DNA of 63,678 bases, filler included, from Stramenopiles sp. TOSAG23-3 (lineage: Eukaryota): assembly GCA_900128585.1 (NCBI GenBank). It is 4 parts of 4 records of this genome, joined end to end, with 100 filler letters (N's around TTAATTAATTAA, not from the genome) between each part and the next. Parts side by side here need not be neighbours in the genome. Positions count along the whole stretch, not along the records: positions 29,691 to 59,224 come from LT642236.1; positions 59,325 to 61,451 come from LT645050.1; positions 61,552 to 63,678 come from LT645051.1; 1 more part is not named here. The stretch is one strand, 5' to 3'. A model generated the notes under the pieces. It worked only from the letters and a program-made list of their open reading frames with translations, was not told where the DNA came from and ran no database searches. The position numbers and the translations under genes were made by a program. Numbering within the stretch: the stretch's first letter is position 1; each line of letters begins with the position of its first letter. Of this stretch, positions 53,717 to 63,678 are shown in pieces.

Positions 53717-54090
53717 ATGAAGGCACGCCACCGAACCTCGGCTATTGCACCGCCGATCGAAAATATCGCAAACGACCCTCCCCCGACATNNNNNNNNNNN
53801 NNNNNNNNNNNNNNNNNNNNNNNNNNNNNNNNNNNNNNNNNNNNNNNNNNNNNNNCGGATGAGGAAGTTGATTACGGTTCATCTGCAAGCATTGCCAATT
53901 CAGATACCGATCCGGATAGTTCATGGACTCCACTATAAAAAAAAATGATTGACAACCATCAATGAGATGAAATTACAGAACCAAGTTAAGATTAGGGTAC
54001 GACGAAGCTAAATTTAATTACTTAAATAACAGCCAATTTTCTTGTTTTAAAAAAACTAAATGAGATATACTATGTTTTAAGACTCTCAAG
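53717..54090 (+). repeat. Third copy of the interspersed repeat family (N gap inside)
   Basis: CAAACGACCCTCCCCCGACAT shared with 46982; TGATTGACAACCA...ACAGAACCAAGTTA.GATTAGGGTA...TAACAGCCAATTTTCTTG shared with 47138-47240. Confidence 0.75.
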
Positions 54091-54235
54091 ATTATCCCAA
54101 TTGTAGAACTGATCAAATTTTGCGACTGCTAAAAATATAATCATTTACAATTAAGGCAAATAAAATACTCTCCCTTCCACAGGGAAAAAGTGGGAAATTT
54201 TCAATAGCGCACTGAAAGTAACGTTTACGCTTTAA

Positions 54236-55904
54236 TCACTCTGCAAATATCTTTTCAATCATTTCATTCGCCAAGACAGATTTTGGATCGAGTGCACGCC
54301 TGTACTCGTTGAACTTCTTCGTTTTGTAACGGCGATGTATTCTTTTGCGAACTTCTTTCAGCTCCTGTTCATTTGCATTTCCATCCTCACCTACGGGAAT
54401 CTCTATTTTCGCCCAGTGAGGGACAATGTTGTACTTCTCTCCAACATCAGTCATAATTTTACAGTATCTTTTGAACGCGTCTCCTATTCGCTTACGGTCA
54501 GCCTCATCCTGCCCTGCTGGCAAGTACATAATTATTCCAACCCATGAGAACACTTCATCTTTGTCTTCGCTGTAAGCTGGACTCATATACGATGAACTCG
54601 AGCTGGTCCAACGCTGCTCTATGGGTGCTGGCGCAGGTATGTTTTCTTTCTCCAGGCGTTCCTTCAACTCAACGACAAAGTCAATATCTGCATAAGTTGG
54701 AGAGCTCAATGTGCCTGTAGAAAATGCTACTTCCAACACCCACTGCTGACCACCACAGTCAAAACCCAAGATATCATTGCTCTTTCCTTGCCGGACTCCT
54801 TCCGATAATTTCCAAAATTCAGCTTCTGCACTATTGATTTTCTTAACCAAATCGGTGTTTAACGGGTCAATATCGAGAAGCTCATCGCGAACACCAGCAA
54901 ATGACAAACTTTTTACCGCTTTCTCGTTCATTTTTTTCATGCCATATTGCTCACGAGTCTGACTGAGCAACGTTTTCATCTGTCGCAACGGGTCGGCAGT
55001 AGCTTTCGCCCGGGGAACATCATCGTTATTAGCCTTCGCTGGGTTAGCAGATACCATAATGACCTCGTTTCTATACGGAATCCACATATAACGTAAATGC
55101 CGGTAATCGCGTAAGCGATCCGCGTGGCTTTTTTTTAAATCCTGGACCTGCAGAAAGGAAGTTCTTTCGCGCAAAAAATGGGAGTCCGTACACTGCAACG
55201 TCACTTCTGAAACGATCCCCAACGAGCCTAGACCACACCTCACCATTTTAAACATATCCCTCTCTTCCAAGCTGTTAGAATCTTCGGAAAGTTCTAACGT
55301 CCCCCTACCTGGAGTGACAACTTTTAATTTTGTTATCATCTCGTCTACAGTCGAAAGCGTTGCCCCAGTTCCATGAGCACCCACCTGGGTCCACCCCCCA
55401 ATTTGCTGCTCCTTGATAGACGAGAAATTCTGCAGGGTTAAATTATGGCCGTCCAAGACATCGAGTACATCGGAAACTACGGCACCGGCTTCCACAGTTA
55501 TCTGCTTCATTTTCTTGTCCACGTTTATAATTTTATCGCACCCGCTTAGTGATATCATCCCCATACCACAGCTTGCAATCCCATTCGGGGACAGAAAGCG
55601 ACCTACGGGGCGCAATTTTTGGCCGAACTTATGGGCTTCTGCCACAAGAGCTTCAAGCTGCTGTACGTTCTCTGGTTCAAAAAATTGCAACGGCAGAGCG
55701 CTGTGAGTTCCTGAATAGTTTTCTAATTCATAATCACTTCTCTTTTTTTCAACGTAGCGCTGAAAGATTCGTTCCGCTTCTTCTTCAATATGATCATTGG
55801 TAGATTTTCTGTGACGCGCCATGTATTCCTCCTGAAGCCAAAATCCCCCCCCCCCCACCCAGGAGTGCGCCTATCCCTATGGCAATGCCTTTTTTCAAAC
55901 TCAT
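54236..55904 (-). CDS. GLDH: L-galactono-1,4-lactone dehydrogenase (plant-type, ascorbate synthesis); 1-nt frameshift in the C12 run 55845-55856
   Basis: NYSGTH, LSPNG, TLQNFSSIKEQQIGG..QVGAHGTGA, ILGFDCGGQQWV, IPAPAPIEQRWT, FSWVGIIMYLP, HWAKIE; N-terminal anchor MSLKKGIAIGIGALLGG. Confidence 0.9.
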
Positions 55905-56805
55905 GCTTTACAGTTCTACCTCCGCGCTCGCTTAATTGTTGTATGGGACTAAAACGTTCTCTACTTTTGCTGCATATAATGGCTTGTCCTCATCGTAACT
56001 CTTAGTATAATAGATACTCGGGGTGTCAACAATTATTCGTCATACTTGACTCAATGTTCATAAAAGAATAATGGCATAATTGTTTCAAATAGTCGTCGTG
56101 TCGTGTTCGTCGTCTTCTTCTATTATATTATAATAAAATATTATTCATTTTTTTTTTATTCTTCGAACAACATAATATTATAACAACAAAAAAAGTAGTA
56201 AAAAAAATACAAAAACCAACACACCACGCCCACCCACCCACCCTCGTCCCTCGCCTCGGAGAGAGAGAAGAAAGAGGAAGGACGCATTGTACATTTTAAT
56301 AAACAAACAATGTCATTATTAAGTACGGAATTTCGTATAATAAATATAATTTAAAGGAGGAGGAGGGGAAAAAATTGAGAAGAAGAAAGAAGAAGAATGG
56401 CCGTTATGCAATAAAACATATCCTGTGCTGTGTTCTGCTGTTTTTTATTTTTTATTGTTGTTGAATTATTGGATATCATCTCTTCTTCTTATTATTTTGA
56501 TGATATCATCATGATCCTCCACCGCCCGCCATCGTAGTACGGTACCGGTAGGTGGTGGTAGGTATAACAACAAGAAGTGTTTTATTTTAAATTATATATT
56601 AATTATTAATTATTTCAACAAAATCTCACCAAATCAATCAAGAAAGTAATACTATGTAGTAGGAACCATACTTTTGCTGATACTTTTTATTGTGATAGGA
56701 AGGGCATCGGCATACTTACAACAAATCTCAAAATCAGGTTAACGCCCCGGAGTACCAGTTAAACTTCCCTCTCGCTTTGCAGTTGTTGGCCCAATCTAGA
56801 AAACT

Positions 56806-58244
56806 ATGAAAGCAAGTTCGACTAAAGACAGCGTTGAGGAAACTGGTTCAACACCAGGTGGTCCCGAAAAAGATGAGGGAACGACAAGTGTGTTGACGTC
56901 ACCGGGGGCATCTGCTGTTCTAAAGAATGAGAGCAAAACACCATCTCAAGAAAGTACCTTTGGCAGTGGACCAGTGAAGATTGAAGGAGCAGCTGAAAAG
57001 AATACTGCCGAGGCCGCACTGTCTGAGAACGATACAACCGCTGACCCAACAACCGAAGAAACATCTATGGGAACAAAAGAGGCCCCCGGTGCCGACTCCG
57101 CAACTCAGCGCGAGGCCACATTGCAGGAATTACAGTCGCACCAAGAACAAGCTAAAGAGAACGAGATTATCGAAAAGTTGCTAAATGAATCACTGCAAGG
57201 GAAGATAAAGAAGCATGCCTGGCCTGACGCAATGGCAGTTGAAAGTTGTAAATATAACGGTGAGAAACTCGGGGATGTGTTCGATAATAGCAGTGGGCTA
57301 CGAATTTTTGCGTGCACGTGGAATATGCATGGGAAGGGAGCTCCTGGCGAAGAGGAAATGAAGAAAATCTTCTCTCCCAACTTGTGCCATCTGTATGCCA
57401 TTGGGACCCAGGAGTGTGAGCGTACGGCAGCACAGTCAATCTACAAGACTGGAAAGTTGAATTTTCCAAAGTATGTGCAGAAATGTCTAGGAGATAATTA
57501 TTTTTTGGTAAAAGGCCAGGCTTTGGCTGCAATAAATTTGACTGTTTTTGCCCACAAGTCGATAAAGGAGAAGATTGTATACCATGAGTCAAATGTCGTA
57601 GCTACTGGCATCGGCAACCGGTTTGGAAACAAGGGAGGGTGTGGAATAGCTATCTGTATAGACAATGTAAGCTTGTTGTTCATAGCCTCGCACATGGCAG
57701 CACATCAGCACAAGGTCAAGGCAAGAAATAAAGACTTTAACAGCATTAACACTAAAATGAAATTGTCGAGGCCTGATTTCATGCGTTTCACCATGTTTTT
57801 TGGATGGGGGACTTTAACTACCGGATTAATGGAACGCGTAGAGCTGTAGACAAGATGCTTTCTCTGGACATGCACGAAGCGCTGCTAGCAAACGACCAGC
57901 TTAGTATTGAGAAGAGACTCGGGAACGTATTTACGGGTTTCTCCGAGGGTCCTCTAAACTTTCGCCCTACTTACAAGTATGACAAGTTGACGAACAATTA
58001 TGATTCTTCAAAGAAGAGACGGATTCCAGCATGGACTGACCGTGTGTTATGGCGCTCAAACCAAGGTAGTGATGCGTTGGCTTTGCTTGCGTACGATTGC
58101 GAAGAGACCGTGATGACTTCCGATCACCGTGCAGTTCGAGCAATATTTAACCTGCTGATGGTGTCAGAAGAAGAGCAAAAAGGAAACCAAAGAGAAGCAG
58201 CAAAATTTGGAGTTGAAAGTAGTAAAATTTGTAGCGTGCAATAA
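56806..58244 (+). CDS. INPP5E: Inositol polyphosphate 5-phosphatase, INPP5E-like with C-terminal CaaX; frame break near 57775-57785
   Basis: TWNMHG, IGTQEC, GNKGG, SHMAAH, FHHVFWMGDFNYR, PTYKYD, RIPAWTDRVLW, SDHRAV; ends SSKICSVQ. Confidence 0.8.
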
Positions 58245-58294
58245 AAACGTTTTTCAGATGAACGGAATGTGTCGTGTATTTTCCATCTCTCACT

Positions 58295-59188
58295 CTACAA
58301 GTTAACAACTTCGTTGCTCAGGAATGCCTGTTCACTGATGAAGCAAGTTAGCTGGGTAATACTTTCCTTGTCTCGACAGTGACTGTTTCTTGCCAAATTG
58401 ATTTTTTTAATAGGAGATCCCGCTGCTGCCGCTGCTTTTAAAAGCTGCAGGGACCCAGCAACACCAATTTCATTATTTTGCAGTTCCAATATCTGCAAAG
58501 AGGAATTTTCTTTCAGCCCGTCGCCGAGACTAATTGCTCCAGTATCGCCGATGCCATTTCTAACTAGTCTTAATATTTCTAATGACGTATTTGATTTTAG
58601 CGCATCCCCGATGCTTTCGGCACCCATAGATCCAATTTCGTTTCCATTTAAATTCAGTTCCTTTAAGGTGCTGTTTATTTTCAAACTTTCGCCAATCCCA
58701 AAAGGTCGGGAAGTGCAAAACAATTGATGCGCAGTAGTGCTCATAGATTTTGCCACTGCCTCCGCCTTTATACCTTCCGCGGAAATACTGTTATACTGTA
58801 GATTTAGGCGGACGATATATTTGTTAACAACAAGGCATTTGCCGATTGCATGTGCGCCGGAGTTAGAAATATTTAAGTTTTCGAAACTGACTTGAACAAC
58901 GGATTGGTTCTGTTCCAGTGCGTCAGCAAGAAGCGTAACTCCTTTATCTCCAATATCATAATTCTCGCTCAAGTCAAGCACTTGAAGTGCTTTGTTTAGT
59001 TTTAACATTTTCGCAACTTCGACTGCGCTCTTATAGTCGAGTGACGTGCTAAAAAAGCACGCCCGGGATACGGTCTTACTCGTGGCTATAGTTTCCATGA
59101 GCTTTTTAAATTCTTCACTACCGACTGGTTCATGCATAGCACAAACCGCATGTTCACTGACGGCGGTCACGTTTGGAAATTCCGACAT
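58295..59188 (-). CDS. Ribonuclease-inhibitor-type leucine-rich-repeat protein
   Basis: 28-aa LRRs such as LKELNLNGNEIGSMGAESIGDALKSNTS; ATG 59188. Confidence 0.85.
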   Translation of the reverse strand: MSEFPNVTAVSEHAVCAMHEPVGSEEFKKLMETIATSKTVSRACFFSTSLDYKSAVEVAKMLKLNKALQVLDLSENYDIGDKGVTLLADALEQNQSVVQVSFENLNISNSGAHAIGKCLVVNKYIVRLNLQYNSISAEGIKAEAVAKSMSTTAHQLFCTSRPFGIGESLKINSTLKELNLNGNEIGSMGAESIGDALKSNTSLEILRLVRNGIGDTGAISLGDGLKENSSLQILELQNNEIGVAGSLQLLKAAAAAGSPIKKINLARNSHCRDKESITQLTCFISEQAFLSNEVVNL

Positions 59189-59224
59189 TGGTTCCAAAAT
59201 GCGCCCAGACTATGTACCAACGCC

Positions 59225-59324
59225 NNNNNNNNNNNNNNNNNNNNNNNNNNNNNNNNNNNNNNNNNNNNTTAATTAATTAANNNNNNNNNNNNNNNNNNNN
59301 NNNNNNNNNNNNNNNNNNNNNNNN
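59225..59324. other. Artificial contig linker
   Basis: N-TTAATTAATTAA-N. Confidence 0.95.
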
Positions 59325-59948
59325 ATTATTAAATCTATAAGGACATGTATACATATCCAAATGCGGAAGAAGAGAACGACTGACGACTGACTTCTTTCTA
59401 TAAATAAAATGGTGAACTCTCTTTCTTTCTTTCTTTCTTTTATTATCTCTAATTATCCGTTGTACATTTTAAGATATATTAATACATGGTCATAGTGTGT
59501 CATTATTACGTAACATATTATGATTTTTGTTAAAATAAAAGGAGCAGCAATAAAGAAGACTTAAAACTCAAACTCCAAACTCAAAATGACCAACAAGCCG
59601 ACTCACCTCATCCATCAATCCATCCACCCATCCATCCACCTCCAGAAGATTTTGATTATTGATTTTCTTCTTTCTTTAATAATATATAAATTGAATATAT
59701 ATTATTATGTTTTTTATTTCACACCACAGTCGTCTGTCTCACACAAACCAGATATAACATAAAAGAAATATGACATATTATGAAAAAAAGTTTTCGAGAG
59801 AAATCGATCACATATATGAAGGAAGGAAGTAAACGTACCGAAGAACGCGCAGAAACGCAGAAATTTTGGGTAAACTCTTGACGGAAAACGTTGGCATTGA
59901 TAAACATCTTAAGAAAACTTATCATTTTATACTAAACAAAACACTGCT

Positions 59949-60626
59949 ACGAATAAACTAATCTTGCTTGCGGCACTGGCCGCAACGTTATTTGCATCGA
60001 CGGAGGCTGCAATTACCATCACTAATGGCTACACACAAACAACTGGTTTTGAACGTTTCTTTGATTTAGAAACTGGGCAAGTCATGGGCAGGGATTGTAA
60101 CCACGATTGGCACAGACTTGAATGTCAAGGAGGAGACATTAAATTCAGTTACCATGCTGACACCTTGATTCACGGGCGATATTACTTTATGGGAGGAAAC
60201 TGGAAGGCTGCGGCTTCCCAATATCCAATGTCACAGTATGCTACCACCACTTGTGCCCCGAGTCCTCTTTGCGACTACCCCTATCAAGCTGGTTGCCCCA
60301 ACTCGATCCAAGATCGCCCAGCAAACGAGGCCTTCATTGTCGTGCGTACATTTGAAGAAAACTACTACAAAGTAAGATTTCTTTCTGAAGATAGCGAAAG
60401 CCATACTGTTTCGTTTGAATATGAACAAATTGAAAAATGTGGTTCAGGTTTACCAACTACTACGGAACGTGGTTGTAGAGGGGGTACATGTTGCGGTCGA
60501 GGGACTTTTTACAAAGATGGCACTTGCCAGGTAAGTTATTCTGGTGTGAGAAATTTATGCAGAGAAAATCGTGCTGATGTGGGGTGGTGGAAATGTGAAA
60601 TAAACACGTGCCAGAGTAGTAATTAA
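59949..60626 (+). CDS. Small secreted Cys-rich protein; expected start codon reads ACG
   Basis: (ACG)NKLILLAALAATLFASTEA signal peptide; in-frame TAA at 59910 with no ATG before the signal; C-terminal CCGRGTFYKDGTC. Confidence 0.6.
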   Translation, partial: TNKLILLAALAATLFASTEAAITITNGYTQTTGFERFFDLETGQVMGRDCNHDWHRLECQGGDIKFSYHADTLIHGRYYFMGGNWKAAASQYPMSQYATTTCAPSPLCDYPYQAGCPNSIQDRPANEAFIVVRTFEENYYKVRFLSEDSESHTVSFEYEQIEKCGSGLPTTTERGCRGGTCCGRGTFYKDGTCQVSYSGVRNLCRENRADVGWWKCEINTCQSSN

Positions 60627-60689
60627 AAAAAGTTTTCGAGAGAAAACCGTTCACACAACCACACAGAGCAACTCGTTCGAATTTAAATC

Positions 60690-61451
60690 TTATTTTACCT
60701 TTTTGCGTTGCACCGCACTGTCCAACGAGCGTTCATAGCTTCTCTCACCTTCGCCGCCGTTTCTTTCGCCCCGCACGAGGCCGCCGGGCGGCGGGCCGAG
60801 AGGCGGAGCTTGCCGCCCCCCCCCGCGTCGCCTTCGACGTCCAACTCTTCCACCTTCATCGCTTCCAGCATGGCATCTTTGTCCTTCGGCCAGTCGTTCA
60901 AATCGCACATTTCATACCATACCTTTCTAAACTCGTTGCTGACCCCGTATTTGTAAACGGACAATGGCTCCTCGGACGGGGCGCCGCTGTACGGCCGGTC
61001 CAAGCTTAAAATGCAGGCGTTGTACGGAAACACGTACCGTGGCTTCGTCTCGGTAGTGTTGGTCCATGCCCCGGACGTCACAGACAGCTTGTGCGAGAAC
61101 ACGGACCGTTTCTTCGTTTTCGTACTGACCGAAATGCGGTAGTAATTGTCCCCTTCCTCCCCGAACCTTAGGGCGTCGCCCCGCCGAATGTCCGGGCGAA
61201 TATCCATCGTTGTCTCCACGAACCGGGACCCGCGCTTCACGATAGCCTTCCCGGGAAGAAGGCTCAAGTACTTTGTTGGCCGGGAGAGGAGGGTCTCTTT
61301 CTTCCCCGTGGCGTCGACGCCGATCAAGTGCCCCGCACTCAGCAAATCCGCAACGTCGTACCGGCACCGCAAGTACGACGGTCCCAGCCCGTTGTCCCCT
61401 ATCTCTATCTCCTGCAACCGTTTGTTCACGAGATCTTTGACGGCCTCCTTG
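60690..61451 (-). CDS. Partial gene, possibly the TFIIE beta C-terminal region with an inserted beta-rich domain; 5' truncated by the linker
   Basis: VSNEFRKVW...DKDAMLEAM resembles the TFIIE-beta 'VDEEFQKLW' segment; a C-run near 60815-60824 makes the C-terminus ambiguous. Confidence 0.35.
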
Positions 61452-61551
61452 NNNNNNNNNNNNNNNNNNNNNNNNNNNNNNNNNNNNNNNNNNNNTTAAT
61501 TAATTAANNNNNNNNNNNNNNNNNNNNNNNNNNNNNNNNNNNNNNNNNNNN
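61452..61551. other. Artificial contig linker
   Basis: N-TTAATTAATTAA-N. Confidence 0.95.
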
Positions 61552-61716
61552 TCCTTGGAGTGAATATTTTTCATCATCCCATGGACGTGGTGTAACTTTG
61601 TGTCCATTTTGTCCAACTTTTTCATCAACGATGTACTCTACTGTATACGGGTATAATACCTATAATTAATATTAAGTAAAGAGTTTAATTAATTTCACAT
61701 CTCCTCATTCTCTCTC

Positions 61717-63678
61717 TTATTTGTGTTCGCTTATTGTGGTTCCACTTTCGTCATCTTGAACTGTATCAGTTAAAGATTGTTTACCGGCATGGACGTTCAG
61801 GACCATATGATGAACATCATGAAGTTTCTGGTCCATTTTGTCCATCTTCGCCATGAGCTTCTTCATCATCACAGCGAGGTAGAAAAGAAATTAGGCTCGA
61901 TGGAGGACAGAATTGATAATATACAGACTCTAGCTCAGCATCACGCGGATTCCTACCAGGGTATTTCTGCCAAAGAGGAAGAATCCCTTTTCAAAAAAGT
62001 TGAGAAGATGGACGACAGAATCAGTAAAATTCACGAGAGCGTTTCGAAACCAATGCCACCACAATCTATGGCCACAATTAGCCGCGCGCTGTGCGGCAGT
62101 TGTAACCTCACTCTTGGTTTCACTGCCAGAGCCGCTGCCGGATCCACTGTCATTCTCAGTCGTGGGTTTTTCAGTCGTGGGCTTTTCAGTCGAGGTTTCG
62201 CTGCCAGAGCCGCTGCCGGATCCACTGTCATTCTCAGTCGTGGGTTGAGGTTTCGCTGCCAGAGCCGCTGCCGGATCCACTGTCATTCTCAGTCGTGGGT
62301 TTTTCAGTCGTGGGTTTTTCAGTCGTGGGCTTTTCAGTCAAGGTCTCACTGCCAGAGCCGCTGCCGGATCCACTGTCACTCTCAGTCGTGGGCTTTTCAG
62401 TCGTGGTCTTTTCAGTCGAGATATCACTGCCCGAACCGCTACCGGACCCATTGTCATTCTCAGTCGTTGGCTTTTCAGTCGTAGTCTTTTCGGTCGAGAT
62501 CTCACTGCCAGAACCGCTACCGGACCCACTGTCATTCTCAGTCGTTGGCTTTTCAGTCGTAGTCTCTTTGGACGTGTCATCACTCTCGGTTTCGCTGCCA
62601 GAACCGCTGCCACTGCCAGCCTCTGCTGTATTTGGTTTCACTGCAGAAGGGTTGCACGCGGGCTTCTTGTAAGCAGACGAAAGGCATTCTTTTGCGCCGT
62701 CGTACTTGAAAGCTCTTGTGGCATGTTTGGATATCCATGCGTCCACCAATTTCATGCTTGAAGACGATTCACTGCCTACGTAGGCCGTTATCGTACTGCG
62801 AAAGATACCACCCGGCAAAATGCTGCTCAACATTGATTTAATTTGCGACGGGATACATTCGCGCTGAAATCGTCTAATTGAAGTTCCGCACGTGGATAGT
62901 GGGGCACATTTATCACTGCACCGGGGTAGAACAGTTTCGCAGATATCTTTCTTGTACTGTGGCAAGCATGAGCGAAACATGTTTCTGTAACGAACTGGGA
63001 TTAATCCCATGTGTTGAATCATTTTCAGCATCCCCATGAGTTTTGCAGTGCCTTCTCTTACTTCGTCTACGCTCAAGCCCGCTGCCGTTGTGCCGAAATA
63101 GGAGTCGCTGTAGCACCCAACGTTTCCTAGGCCCTTGATGGGCACGCATGTTTTGTTGCTGATGTCATCAACAACAGGTTTAACTTCATCCTCACATTCT
63201 AATTTACCGCACAAATATTTTGGGCAACCGTCTGCGCCTTCCTCGTCGCTTTTTACATACCGGCATCCACGTTTTGGTGTCACGCACTTTGCAACCGGGC
63301 AACGTTTCACAGGGGGTTTGATCACAATGTCGCACTTCAACTTACCACAGGGGTATTTTGGGCAACCGTTTTCGCCTTTTTCGCTGATTTTAACACGTCG
63401 GCATCCCGGTTGTGGCCTGGCGCACATGGGCATTGGGCATGGTTTGGGAGGAATTACCACGTCAATTCCAGAGCCGCTTCCATCCTCGGCTGGAGTTTCA
63501 CTTCCAGAGCCGCTTCCATCCTCGGCTGGAGTTTTACTTCCAGAGCCGCTTCCATCCCCGGTTGGAGTATCATCTTTTGCTGTCATCTTCTCGGGGTCAC
63601 ACATTGGGTTTGCGTAGTCGCCCGACAAGCACATGCCTTTTCCCTTCGCCAAAGACTGAGTAGACTTGCAGGTTTTCA
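61717..63678 (-). CDS. Cys-rich extracellular protein (CP..C..P..GC repeats, frizzled-like Cys cluster, GSGSGSGSE-TTEKP mucin repeats, KKxxKMDxKL coiled repeats); disrupted by a small deletion near 62245 and an inversion at 61876-62109; 5' end outside the window
   Basis: ORF 62234-63652, continued by 61930-62286 and by the re-inverted segment. Confidence 0.6.
62110..62620 (-). repeat. Coding tandem repeat (about 63-78 bp units) encoding TEKPTTENDSGSGSGSGSE
   Basis: About 7 units of CTGCCAGAGCCGCTGCCGGATCCACTGTCATTCTCAGTCGT-type sequence. Confidence 0.9.

Noticed and set aside
61777-62484. Independent plus-strand 235-aa gene
   Set aside because: Only the inverted segment is coding-like; the flanks are antisense to the minus-strand gene.

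Overview
Eukaryotic, almost intron-free, gene-dense sequence from a flagellated protist; a stramenopile-type heterotroph is my inference from gene content (NEDD1, Sfi1-like, RIB43A, INPP5E, plant-type GLDH, GH55). The window is four contigs joined by artificial N-TTAATTAATTAA-N linkers (29591-29690, 59225-59324, 61452-61551), with two further N gaps. About 22 coding loci are supportable, including NEDD1-like WD40, a giant Sfi1-repeat protein, PKG, a WW/EF-hand/TPR protein, bacterial-type GH55, SIL1, Pumilio, cytochrome b5, the C-terminal part of midasin, an ENT transporter, RIB43A, GLDH and INPP5E. Several genes are broken by homopolymer indels or deletions. Main observations: (1) a clean in-gene inversion between 5-bp inverted repeats whose reversal restores the frame at both junctions; (2) a repeat family found in convergent 3'-3' intergenic gaps; (3) three perfect Pumilio elements just upstream of the Pumilio start codon; (4) a myosin whose N-terminus is joined directly to its FERM C-lobe; (5) an ACG-initiated secreted gene between 21-bp direct repeats; (6) an in-frame hairpin insertion in an LRR gene. 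All family calls rest on motif recognition; no database search was run.
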